From Peptococcaceae bacterium UBA4068 (GTDB lineage Bacteria > Bacillota > Dehalobacteriia > UBA4068), in NCBI GenBank assembly GCA_002382665.1, contig DFZA01000009.1, positions 403,602 to 467,601 on the forward strand: a stretch of DNA of 64,000 bases, given 5' to 3'. The number at the start of each line of letters is the position of its first letter. The first letter of the stretch is position 1. The translations under genes were made by a program, and so were the position numbers. The notes under the pieces are model-generated. The model saw nothing but the letters and a program-made list of their open reading frames with translations. It searched no databases and was not told the DNA's origin. Below, one piece after another: positions 8,640-17,580 of the stretch.

Positions 8640-9816
8640 TATTGACTCCCCCTCTTTTTTCATCCGTTGGCAATAATTGGCTGGGCTGACCTAATAGGAA
8701 TTTGCTTTGATTTATCCAATCTTTTAGAGTAGCGGCAATTTCCTGAGCCATTGTGTAGCTTGACAGCGGCGCGGTACGAATTTTTTTACCTTGGAATTCG
8801 ATCTCGCCGGTTTTCAGCTCGGCATAGCTGACCGAACCGATATCGCATTTTTCTCCGGCCGGATATAGAATACCGTAATCACAAATCGGTGCGAATATAT
8901 CTTCGTCTTTGATCGTAGTATATTCCAGTATTTCTTCGTCAAGGATGGGTATCGGTACGCCGATACCGACCATCAAACTAACGCCATAACCGGTAATACT
9001 GACACCGCGCACATAGCGGCTGTTCATCTGTTTCATATCGCCGATCACAGACAGCGTACCGGCGCCACCCAAAGGAATGCCTTTTTCGGATCTGGGATCA
9101 TTAGGCGCATGCTGAGTGCCAGGCCAGGCCACATAACCCTCGCCGCCGCCCAGGAATATCCGAGTACCGATACCGATAGTCTTGTAATAAGGATCATTGA
9201 TCAGCGGTGAAAGCTGACCGGCGCTAGAATAATGAGCGTTGGCGCAATGCGGTTTCAAAATGCCCATGTAGGTATAAATAGTCTTATCGGAGCAATTAAC
9301 GCCGACATTATAGTTTTGATAGCTATTGCGCGGATTAAACATAAAAGCATCGCGTAAATCATTAATAGTAATAGTCTTTTCCAATTTACGCAACGGATAG
9401 CAATCTGTGCCATAGGCATCAGCGCGCAGACGAATTTCTTTTCCGGCAATCAGATCTTCGATCACATGACCGCCCCCGTAACGGAAATGGCCGGGATGAT
9501 TATTATTACAGGGGTCGCCTTCCGCTACTTCCGCAGCGCCGATATAAGCATCAACAGCCGCGATACCGCCATAGGCGGCAACGTCGTTTAACCAGACATG
9601 AGTCATTTTTATCTTTGGCTTAGTGTGCCAGAAATTCAGGAAAGCTCCGCTGGAACACATAATACCAAAAGTTCCGGTTGTCACGACATCGATTTTTTCA
9701 GTAGCCTTTCTAATTCCTTGCTCGGCGGCGATATCTATTACTTCTTCCGCCGTTACAACAACGGCCGTTCCCTTTTTGATTTTTTCATTGATCTCTTCAT
9801 AAGTTTTTTTAATCAT
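8632..9816 (-). CDS. DUF39 (COG1900) homocysteine biosynthesis protein, sulfide-incorporating
   Basis: About 394 aa. Start refined to the ATG at 9816 (GAGGTG RBS 6 nt upstream); the longer track ORF begins with TTG inside the RBS. Confidence 0.7.
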   Translation of the reverse strand: MIKKTYEEINEKIKKGTAVVVTAEEVIDIAAEQGIRKATEKIDVVTTGTFGIMCSSGAFLNFWHTKPKIKMTHVWLNDVAAYGGIAAVDAYIGAAEVAEGDPCNNNHPGHFRYGGGHVIEDLIAGKEIRLRADAYGTDCYPLRKLEKTITINDLRDAFMFNPRNSYQNYNVGVNCSDKTIYTYMGILKPHCANAHYSSAGQLSPLINDPYYKTIGIGTRIFLGGGEGYVAWPGTQHAPNDPRSEKGIPLGGAGTLSVIGDMKQMNSRYVRGVSITGYGVSLMVGIGVPIPILDEEILEYTTIKDEDIFAPICDYGILYPAGEKCDIGSVSYAELKTGEIEFQGKKIRTAPLSSYTMAQEIAATLKDWINQSKFLLGQPSQLLPTDEKRGGVNNG

Positions 9817-9848
9817 TATTATCACCTCAAATTTCAAAATTGTTAAAA

Positions 9849-9884
9849 CAAATAAAAAAGCTGCTTCTCATCGCTGGGAGCAGC
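9849..9884 (-). terminator. Intrinsic terminator/attenuator inside the 5' leader of the DUF39 gene
   Basis: On the minus sense, gctgctcccagcgatgagaagcagc followed by TTTTTTATTTG. It ends about 33 nt upstream of the start codon. Confidence 0.5.
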
Positions 9885-10199
9885 CATCACATTCGTTTTT
9901 CAAAAACAATTTTGTGGTCGACATTCGCCAGCTGATTTAGACATAAATTAATAAGCTTCTTCTCAATGAAGACGCCAGGCATCATCAACATTTGGCCGTC
10001 AGGTCTTAACTTGTAGGTAGATCTAATAGATTCCATTTACTTTTGACCTCTTTAAATCGGGTATAAAAACTTAATTTTAATTGTAACAAACATCCATTTA
10101 TACGTCAAGGGTATAATATGGGAACAATTTGTTAAACAAAATTGTCTATTTTGTAACCACATTTGACAATGCGGCATATAGTAGCCATGAGGTGATAAT

Positions 10200-10838
10200 G
10201 TGCGCAGACGATGTGGTTACTACAAAAAAAGATCTCGCCGACCGGTAGTACTTATACTGGTAATCTTACTTGTGGTTTCATTTATTATCATTGAGAAAAC
10301 ACTATCACCAATTGTTGACAGCATGGCCGAAGCCCAGGTTCACACTTTGACTACGGAATTAGTCAACGAAACAGTCAATAAACTACTGGCGGAAAATCCT
10401 CAATATCAAGATTACCAGAAATTGTTGACAATTGAAAGAGGCAGTGGCGGTGATGTCGAATTAATGCTTCCCAATACATCATTAATTAATCAAATGGTAA
10501 CGGAAATGACTAGCAAGGTTAGTAAACAACTTGCCACATTTGATCAAACTCTCGAAATTCCAGCTGGCAGCATTACCGGTAGTAAGATTTTTGCATCATT
10601 TGGACCAAACATACCTATCAAAACTACATCGTTGGGTTATGTAAATGTTAAAATAACCGATGATTTTATTGCCGCAGGCGTCAATCAGACACGCCATCGG
10701 ATCTGGCTAAACATCACCAGTGAAATACTGGTATCCGTGCCATTTATTTCTGACAAGATATCTGTTGAAACTACAGTTCTTTTAACTGAAGGAATAATTG
10801 TCGGTCCGGTTCCCGACACATACGTAGACATAGGATAA
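10200..10838 (+). CDS. yunB: Sporulation protein YunB
   Basis: 212 aa with an N-terminal TM segment and conserved YunB-family blocks (ERGSGGDVELM, IPIKTTSLGYVNVKITDDF). Confidence 0.7.
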   Translation: MRRRCGYYKKRSRRPVVLILVILLVVSFIIIEKTLSPIVDSMAEAQVHTLTTELVNETVNKLLAENPQYQDYQKLLTIERGSGGDVELMLPNTSLINQMVTEMTSKVSKQLATFDQTLEIPAGSITGSKIFASFGPNIPIKTTSLGYVNVKITDDFIAAGVNQTRHRIWLNITSEILVSVPFISDKISVETTVLLTEGIIVGPVPDTYVDIG

Positions 10839-11062
10839 TAAGTTGATTAATTATAGATAAACATGATATAATAGCTGCACAGGCCGAAATCTATGATTTC
10901 GTGCCTGAGCGCCTATATATAGCGGAGGTTTTCCCGTTAAGGGAAAAACCGGCTAGATAAGCTGTGATTTTCTCAGGTTTAGGGAAAAGCCAGCAATATT
11001 CGCGAAAGCGGATATGATATAATATATTTTAAGCCATAATAGTGCTTTATGGAGGTAAGATT

Positions 11063-13717
11063 ATGCCAAAATTTAAATTCGGCGGAAAAGGCTCACATGC
11101 GACAAACATGGACAACCAAAATATTGCCGGTCCTCATAAAAGAAAGAGAAAAAAGCTTAATGCCCGTCATGTGTTACTGGCTATATTAATGATAATTGTT
11201 ATTTCCATAATTGTTGTCGCAGGCGTTGTTTTCGCTATTGCCGCAACGCTACCGGATATAAACTCCGACAGCATTTTAACAATGTCGTCAAGCCTTATAT
11301 ATGATAAAGACGGCAATGAAGTAGCGGCTCTTAACGGCGGCGAAAACAGAGTTGATATCACTCTCGATGAAATGCCTCAATATTTAATCGACGCTTTTAT
11401 TGCCACAGAAGACACACGGTTTTACAGTCATAACGGAGTTGACCCCATCGGCATCGGCCGCGCCATCTTTGCCGACCTACGGTCGGGAGGATATTCACAA
11501 GGAGCCAGCACTATCACCATGCAGTTGGTCAGCACAACCATCCTTAACAATAATGAAAGGACCATGCTCAGTAAAATCAAAGAAGCGGTTCTGGCTATTA
11601 AAGTCGAAAAAAAATACGGCAAGGACGAAATTCTTAACTATTATCTTAACGAAATATACTTAGCACCCGGTACCTATGGTGTAGAAGCTGCCTCGCGATA
11701 CTACTTTAACAAATCAGCAAAAGATCTGACACTAAGCGAAGCTGCATTATTAGCAGGCATAGTCCGCAGCCCCGGCGTCTATTCCCCTTATAATCATCCG
11801 GAAAAGGCCTTGCAGATCCGCAACACCGTATTGGAAAACATGACCAAATACGACGAAGATACATACGGTCAAATCGCCGAGGAAGCTAAAAATGACAAAT
11901 TGGATTTAACTACTTCTGAATCACAATCAGCTGCAAAAGGTTATGCCTACGGTTGGTATATCGATTATGTCATTGACGAGGCCGCCGATATACTGTCCGA
12001 CCTTAATATCTCAACGGCCTCGATATATTCGGGCGGCTACAGTATTTACACTGGCATGGATACTACTACGCAATCAGCAATGGAAGATGCGTACAGTAAT
12101 AACAGCAATTTTCCCTCCAGCCCCAGCGGCGATATTGTTGAAAGCGCCATGGCGGTTATGGATCCCTATAGCGGCGAAGTTCGAGGCGTTGTAGGTGGAC
12201 GAGTCTATGAAACAAAACGTGGTTTCAACAGAGCTACTGATCTGGAACGACAACCTGGTTCAACAATAAAACCGATCGTCGTCTATGGGCCGGCGGTCGA
12301 CCAAGGTTATTTCCCCGGAACAGTATTGCTGGATACCCCCACCACTTTTGGCAACAATTACAAACCTACCAATTATGATGATACCTGGCGCGGACGCATT
12401 TCCATGCGTATAGCGATTGAGAAATCGGTCAATATGGCCGCAGTTAAAATGCTGCAGGAAATCACCCCAAAAGCTGGTTGGGAATATGGTGTCAAAATGG
12501 GCTTGCCATTAGTTGATGATGACTCAAACCTTGCTATGGCCTTGGGAGGATTAACCCACGGTGTTTCCCCTGTGGAAATGGCCAGCGCTTATAGCACATT
12601 TGCCAACTACGGCAATTATATTGAACAGCATTGTATAACCAAAATTGTCGATATCGAAGGCAATGTATTATATGAAGCAAATTTTGAAGAAACCAAAGTC
12701 TTCAGTAAGCAAACCGCTTATATAATGACAGATATGCTTGAGTCGGTAACTACTGAGGGTACAGGTAAAAACGCGCGAATGAATCGCCCGGTTGCTTCCA
12801 AAACCGGCACAACCCAGTTGCCTGATCTGAAGATATTTGCCGGCAAGGGCGGCTATAAAGATGCCTGGTTCGCAGCATATACGCCGGAATTGGTAGGAGT
12901 TGTCTGGATGGGTTATGATAATACTACCGACGATAACGGCAGCGCCCAATACCTGCGACTCTCATGGGGCGGCGGTGGTTCATACCCGGCAAAAATCTGG
13001 AAAAAAGTCATGACCGCAGCCTTGGCCGATATGCCTGTCAGCCAATTCGAGAAACCGTCAGGAATTACTACCGTTACCATCGATACTAAAAGCGGCTTGT
13101 TACCAAGCTCATTAACGCCCGATAAATATATTGGCAGCGAAATATGTAATGAAGAAAACATACCAACCGAGACCAGTGATATTTGGCAAAAAGTAAAGAT
13201 TTGTACCGACAGCAATAAATTGGCTACTGATTACTGTCCCAATACAACCACCGAAGTCAGGATTAAACGGGAAGAGGGATTATCGCTTACCGGCGTGGCC
13301 GACGCCTATCTCTATATACCATCAAAGTGTACTTTGCATACGGAGGCTACTGCCCCGGAATACCTCGATGATATAACGCAATCTCCGGGAGATGCAAACG
13401 GGTCGGATAACAATGGAAACTCAAATAATTCAGGAAACGATTCTAAGCCAAATACACCCAGCAATGTCAGCGCAACTTATACAAATGAAGGCTGTTATAT
13501 ATCTTGGTATGCTGCAAACGATGCGTCAACAACCATTTATGTAGTGGAGCGTACCGATAGTGCGGGTAATAAAACTAAATTCTCCGTATACGATTATGCC
13601 TATATAGACAGCAGTGTTGTCAGCGGTCAAAGCTATAAATACCGAGTCTATGCTTACGACGCTGCTAATAAAACTACCAGCGCCTGGTCATCATCGGTTA
13701 GTTATACGCAACAGTAA
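11063..13717 (+). CDS. ponA: Class A penicillin-binding protein (PBP1A-type transglycosylase/transpeptidase)
   Basis: GT51 motifs (EDTRFYSHNGVDP, RxxxQxxK-like), a transpeptidase STIKP (SxxK) motif, and a Ser/Asn-rich Fn3-like C-terminus. Start refined to the ATG at 11063 (GGAGGT RBS 6 nt upstream). Confidence 0.88.
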   Translation: MPKFKFGGKGSHATNMDNQNIAGPHKRKRKKLNARHVLLAILMIIVISIIVVAGVVFAIAATLPDINSDSILTMSSSLIYDKDGNEVAALNGGENRVDITLDEMPQYLIDAFIATEDTRFYSHNGVDPIGIGRAIFADLRSGGYSQGASTITMQLVSTTILNNNERTMLSKIKEAVLAIKVEKKYGKDEILNYYLNEIYLAPGTYGVEAASRYYFNKSAKDLTLSEAALLAGIVRSPGVYSPYNHPEKALQIRNTVLENMTKYDEDTYGQIAEEAKNDKLDLTTSESQSAAKGYAYGWYIDYVIDEAADILSDLNISTASIYSGGYSIYTGMDTTTQSAMEDAYSNNSNFPSSPSGDIVESAMAVMDPYSGEVRGVVGGRVYETKRGFNRATDLERQPGSTIKPIVVYGPAVDQGYFPGTVLLDTPTTFGNNYKPTNYDDTWRGRISMRIAIEKSVNMAAVKMLQEITPKAGWEYGVKMGLPLVDDDSNLAMALGGLTHGVSPVEMASAYSTFANYGNYIEQHCITKIVDIEGNVLYEANFEETKVFSKQTAYIMTDMLESVTTEGTGKNARMNRPVASKTGTTQLPDLKIFAGKGGYKDAWFAAYTPELVGVVWMGYDNTTDDNGSAQYLRLSWGGGGSYPAKIWKKVMTAALADMPVSQFEKPSGITTVTIDTKSGLLPSSLTPDKYIGSEICNEENIPTETSDIWQKVKICTDSNKLATDYCPNTTTEVRIKREEGLSLTGVADAYLYIPSKCTLHTEATAPEYLDDITQSPGDANGSDNNGNSNNSGNDSKPNTPSNVSATYTNEGCYISWYAANDASTTIYVVERTDSAGNKTKFSVYDYAYIDSSVVSGQSYKYRVYAYDAANKTTSAWSSSVSYTQQ

Positions 13718-13725
13718 CGAATAAT

Positions 13726-13774
13726 AAAAAACGGGCTGGCTACTTGATTAAAGGGTAGCCAGCCCGTTTTTTTT
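13726..13774. terminator. Bidirectional terminator between convergent ponA and ypeB
   Basis: acgggctggctac...gtagccagcccgt hairpin with an A-run on one side and a T8 run on the other. Confidence 0.6.
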
Positions 13775-15147
13775 CAACGTTGATAATAACTATCCCCGGA
13801 GACACTATTAAGCAATAAACACTCATCTTTACCCCCATCGGTATTAATATAATCCCAATATTCCTCTCCATCGTATTTGCCACGGATTTCATAACAAAGG
13901 TTTTCACTGCCGGCGCCATCACTGATCACCGCTAGTGAGCTACCACTAACCGTAAAATCTTTACCTAAACCCCCAATAGCGGCTTGCTGATCGTACATTT
14001 CTTTGCCGCTGAAATCACGCTCGCAGCAATTAAGCCAATATTGACTGGCATCGAAGCCTGAAATCAGTCCTTTATCCAAATCAACCCTGACATTAATGCT
14101 ATCCGGATAATAAGTGGTATCGTCAGCTTTGCGCACAAATTTCATCACTGCTTGCCGATCGTTTGTCTGGACTGATGACAGCACCATATCCGTATAACCT
14201 AAATCCTTCAAAAGTGAGCCTGCATATGCTTCCGCTGACTTGACATCCATGTTTTGCTGCTTACCAGATCCGCTTATTTCCCCGAATAACGATACTAATT
14301 TGCCTCCGGATTCGCTGACAGCCAGATTAATTGAATTATTGCTATCACCGCAAGCAAAAGTATATACCGGTATCTGTGCTGAAGCTGCCTCACCCGCAGA
14401 AATTATTTCATAATTTTCTAAACCACAAAGTTTTAAATACTGATTAGCAGCGCTTTCAGCCTCTTTAGCACTGATTTTGTCATAATTGGCTAAACCTTTG
14501 GCTGTCATCGTCAACATACTTGATGCATATTTGCCTTCATAATCCAATTGTTGATATCCGTTAATCGTCCGATTTATATCAGCAAAACCGCTACCGATGC
14601 CTGTGGTAGTCTGCGCCTGAGCTGTAGGCCAGATACTAGACGTCCAGCTTTTAAGATTAACAAATTTTGCCCCTCCGACGGCTACAGCTTCCTGTAATTG
14701 CATAGTGTTATCATATATACCTTGCAACTGATGATAAACATCGGCCAATGTTGCTCTGTCGTTGGCGCTGATTGATTCTCCGCGGCTGAGACTGTTGCTT
14801 AACGATAAAGCATAATCTGACAACTGATTATAATAAACTAAAGAACGGGACAAGTCATCTTTCATAGGCAAAACCGCCAGATTAGTTGCGGCCGCACTGG
14901 CTTCAGCCTGAATTTCTCCCAGCAAGATAGCGCTTTGCAGATTACCGGACAGGCGTGCTTTGCCCGTCAGCAATTTCAAATTCTCCAGATTGCCAACATA
15001 ATTATAAAAGGCACGCTGATATTGGTATTCCAATTGATTGTAAAGCACTTGTTTTTGCTGGCGCTCTCCGTAACCCCAAAGCAAACTAACAAACAAGGCT
15101 ATCGAAAAGCATATGGACAGAATACCTATCCATCTTTTTTTACTCAT
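13774..15147 (-). CDS. ypeB: Germination protein YpeB (PepSY domains)
   Basis: 457 aa with an N-terminal TM segment, encoded immediately downstream of sleB as in Bacillus. Confidence 0.7.
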   Translation of the reverse strand: MSKKRWIGILSICFSIALFVSLLWGYGERQQKQVLYNQLEYQYQRAFYNYVGNLENLKLLTGKARLSGNLQSAILLGEIQAEASAAATNLAVLPMKDDLSRSLVYYNQLSDYALSLSNSLSRGESISANDRATLADVYHQLQGIYDNTMQLQEAVAVGGAKFVNLKSWTSSIWPTAQAQTTTGIGSGFADINRTINGYQQLDYEGKYASSMLTMTAKGLANYDKISAKEAESAANQYLKLCGLENYEIISAGEAASAQIPVYTFACGDSNNSINLAVSESGGKLVSLFGEISGSGKQQNMDVKSAEAYAGSLLKDLGYTDMVLSSVQTNDRQAVMKFVRKADDTTYYPDSINVRVDLDKGLISGFDASQYWLNCCERDFSGKEMYDQQAAIGGLGKDFTVSGSSLAVISDGAGSENLCYEIRGKYDGEEYWDYINTDGGKDECLLLNSVSGDSYYQR

Positions 15148-15159
15148 AGATACGCTCCT

Positions 15160-15858
15160 TTAAATACCAAAAACATGTTTACCATAGGTGACAACAACCT
15201 TGCGTGTCCAAATCCAAGTGCTGGTTGCTGTCGCCGGATTCCAAAAATACAAGCAACCGTATGACGGATCCCAGCCGTTGATGGCCTCCTGAGCAGCTTT
15301 TAGGCACTCCGCATTTGTACCGGTACCATAACGACCGTTGCTGACCGATTCCAGTGCATATGATTGATAGATAACCCCGCTTAAAGTATTGGGGAAAGAT
15401 GAACTATCAACGCGATTCAGCATTACCGCGCCGACAGCGACCTTGCCGGTATACGGCTCCGCTTCCGACTCGGCGTAAATTACTTTGGCTAATAACACCG
15501 CATCACTCGAAGTATTACTACTCACACCGGAAGAAGAAGCAATTCCTAATGCCGCCAATGTTTTACTGCCGACTATACCATCTGCAGTCAACCCATTATA
15601 TTTTTGAAATTTTACCACAGCGGCCTTGGTCTGGCTGCCATAAATACCGTCAACACTGCCGGTATAATAGCCCCAGTCTTTTAACTTTTGTTGTACTTCT
15701 TTGACCTGTTGGCCGGTGCTGCCCTGCGCCAGAGCTGCGACAGACTGGTTTTGCAGATTAGCAAAAACCATACTAGCAATAATTGTGATTATTATTATAA
15801 ACAATAATATTTTAGATAGCTTAATGCTACCTTTGATTACGTGATAATTACCACTCAT
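15160..15858 (-). CDS. sleB: Spore cortex-lytic enzyme SleB
   Basis: N-terminal peptidoglycan-binding domain (GSTGQQVKEVQQKLKDWGYYTGSVDGIYGSQTKAAVVKFQ) plus a C-terminal SleB hydrolase domain. Confidence 0.85.
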   Translation of the reverse strand: MSGNYHVIKGSIKLSKILLFIIIITIIASMVFANLQNQSVAALAQGSTGQQVKEVQQKLKDWGYYTGSVDGIYGSQTKAAVVKFQKYNGLTADGIVGSKTLAALGIASSSGVSSNTSSDAVLLAKVIYAESEAEPYTGKVAVGAVMLNRVDSSSFPNTLSGVIYQSYALESVSNGRYGTGTNAECLKAAQEAINGWDPSYGCLYFWNPATATSTWIWTRKVVVTYGKHVFGI

Positions 15859-15957
15859 TTTTCACCCTCCCTTTATCTGACAGTATTATTTTGGCAGTAT
15901 GAATTGTTTTTATACTTAAGCAATTTTTTGTTTTTAAGATTTTTCAATTCAGAAGTA

Positions 15958-15986
15958 TTGCAAAAAATGTTTTGATATGATATGAT
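15958..15986 (+). promoter_or_regulatory. Sigma-A promoter for the tRNA pair (TTGCAA-17-TATGAT)
   Basis: ttgcaaaaaatgttttgatatgatatgat, ending about 10 nt before tRNA-Cys. Confidence 0.5.
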
Positions 15987-15997
15987 ACTCTTACTGC

Positions 15998-16071
15998 GGC
16001 GCCATAGCCAAGTGGTAAGGCAGAGGACTGCAAATCCTTTACCCCCAGTTCAAATCTGGGTGGCGCCTCCA
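15998..16071 (+). tRNA. tRNA-Cys (GCA)
   Basis: GGCGCCA...TGGCGCCTCCA with a 7-bp acceptor stem, GCA anticodon in the loop CTGCAAA, a GTTCAAATC T-arm and an encoded CCA. Confidence 0.85.
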
Positions 16072-16074
16072 AAT

Positions 16075-16161
16075 GCCGGAGTGGCGGAACTGGCAGACGC
16101 ACAGGACTTAAAATCCTGCGGTAGCAATACCGTACCGGTTCGACCCCGGTCTCCGGCACCA
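16075..16161 (+). tRNA. tRNA-Leu (TAA)
   Basis: 87 nt, GCCGGAG...CTCCGGCACCA, anticodon loop CTTAAAA, long variable arm, GGTTCGACCCC T-arm. Confidence 0.85.
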
Positions 16162-16163
16162 TA

Positions 16164-16201
16164 AAAAACAAGACGGATATTTAAATATCCGTCTTGTTTT
16201 C
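16164..16201 (+). terminator. Intrinsic terminator after the tRNA pair
   Basis: aacaagacggatatttaaatatccgtcttgtttt. Confidence 0.6.
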
Positions 16202-16261
16202 TATTAATAAAACTTATAACAATAACATAAATAAGATTAGATAATCTGATCAGGTGATTAA

Positions 16262-16456
16262 ATGAATCCATCCGAATGGTCATTGGCCGTTGCCGTGATT
16301 GCCGTGGCAATCGCCCAAAATAAAACCGAAGAAGAAATTGAATTTTTATCTGTGATATTTTCACAATTGGGAGGTACTTTAGCAACGATTACCATCTCAC
16401 CGCCCCATGGCGGCGGGGACGAAGGTGGTGAAGCTGGCGAAGGTGCTGTTTTATAA
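16262..16456 (+). CDS. Hypothetical small protein (64 aa) with a Gly/Glu-rich tail
   Basis: AGGTGA RBS present. MNPSEWSLAVAVIAVAIAQNKTEEEIEFLSVIFSQLGGTLATITISPPHGGGDEGGEAGEGAVL. No family recognised. Confidence 0.35.
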   Translation: MNPSEWSLAVAVIAVAIAQNKTEEEIEFLSVIFSQLGGTLATITISPPHGGGDEGGEAGEGAVL

Positions 16457-16458
16457 GT

Positions 16459-16863
16459 CTATATATTTTTCTCGCTATCGAAAATCAATTCTACCTGACT
16501 ATATTGATCAATAAAGAGGCCTAATACCGGCCTCTGCCATTCATCGTTTACCAGCAACTTGGCCGCAGAGATTACCCGCTGTTTTATCTGCTCCTCGCTT
16601 TCCCGCGCATCCTCTTCAATATCCAGGATAGCATGTCCGGCTATAGCAATCGTTTGTGCATAATGATTGTTTAACGAATAATTGATCGCATCGGTAATAA
16701 CCTGGTTACCGGCGATTATTTTTTTTTCTATTTCCGGTAAAGCGATATGATCGATATAATCAACGCCTTCTGCTGAAAGACGCTCTTTCATCCATAACAA
16801 CAACGGCAATTGAATATCGCCATCACTACCGCTCAACAAAATAGCGTAAACCGGATGCTGCAT
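16459..16863 (-). CDS. Hypothetical protein (134 aa); sits where ybaJ/ybaK lie downstream of rpsI in Bacillus
   Basis: Long ORF with reasonable coding appearance. No family recognised. Confidence 0.4.
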   Translation of the reverse strand: MQHPVYAILLSGSDGDIQLPLLLWMKERLSAEGVDYIDHIALPEIEKKIIAGNQVITDAINYSLNNHYAQTIAIAGHAILDIEEDARESEEQIKQRVISAAKLLVNDEWQRPVLGLFIDQYSQVELIFDSEKNI

Positions 16864-16899
16864 AAATTACCACCTCCCGCTAAATAAAATAAATAAGGA

Positions 16900-17151
16900 G
16901 CGGTTTACCGCCCCTACAGATTGTTAAAAAAGTGGCCAGCGGGCCAAGAAACGAGCGAGACGAGGCAGGGGCGAAACCGGCGACGCAGGCGACCTAGCTG
17001 GCTTTTACCTTACGGTAAAATCTCAGCTAATGCACTTACTGCGCTGCTCCGCGGCTTCGCGGCGTATTCAAGATACGTCGAGGAGACGGGGACGACCGTA
17101 ACGACGTATCGCGAAGTTTATCGACACGCTGAAGGGGCGGAAAACCGCCCC
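16900..17151. repeat. Structured intergenic element, copy 2 (about 230 bp), between the 134-aa gene and rpsI, bracketed by inverted hairpins gcggtttaccgcccc / ggggcggaaaaccgcccc
   Basis: Block-wise alignment with 4166-4517. Shared segments include gcgacctagctg..ttttacctt.cggtaaaa, cgtat..aagatacgtcgag.agacgg and cgacgtatcgcgaag.ttatcgacac.ctga.gg. Confidence 0.6.
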
Positions 17152-17161
17152 TTGTAAACAA

Positions 17162-17554
17162 CTATCTCTTGGAAAACTGGCTGGCTTTACGGGCTTTCTT
17201 TAAGCCGTATTTACGCCGTTCTTTCATTCTCGGATCGCGAGAAATCAAACCCGCGCTCTTCAATATCGGACGTAATTCGCTCTCTGCGATGGCTAAGGCG
17301 CGAGAAATACCATGACGTAAAGCGCCTGCCTGACCGCTTACACCGCCACCATTCACACTGGCAACAACATCATACTTGCCCAGGGTGGAGGTTATTTCAA
17401 AAGGTTGCTGTACAATCATCTCTAAAGTCTTCTTGCCGAAATAATCGTCAAGCCCTTTATTGTTTACGGAGAACTTACCTGTTCCGGGAGCCAGCCATAC
17501 TTTAGCGATGGCATTTTTACGGCGTCCTGTTTGATAAAATCTAAGTTCAGTCAT
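17162..17554 (-). CDS. rpsI: 30S ribosomal protein S9
   Basis: 130 aa, C-terminal ...[14 protein letters not shown]. Confidence 0.93.
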   Translation of the reverse strand: MTELRFYQTGRRKNAIAKVWLAPGTGKFSVNNKGLDDYFGKKTLEMIVQQPFEITSTLGKYDVVASVNGGGVSGQAGALRHGISRALAIAESELRPILKSAGLISRDPRMKERRKYGLKKARKASQFSKR

Positions 17555-17580
17555 TTACTATTTTCCTCCCTTCCCCTTTA

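Noticed and set aside
9885-10060. DUF39 leader as a SAM-I (S-box) riboswitch or Met T-box
   Set aside because: Checked both strands for GGAGGGA/GCAACC (SAM-I) and AGGGTGGNACCGCG (T-box) and found neither, so the leader is reported only as an unassigned attenuator.
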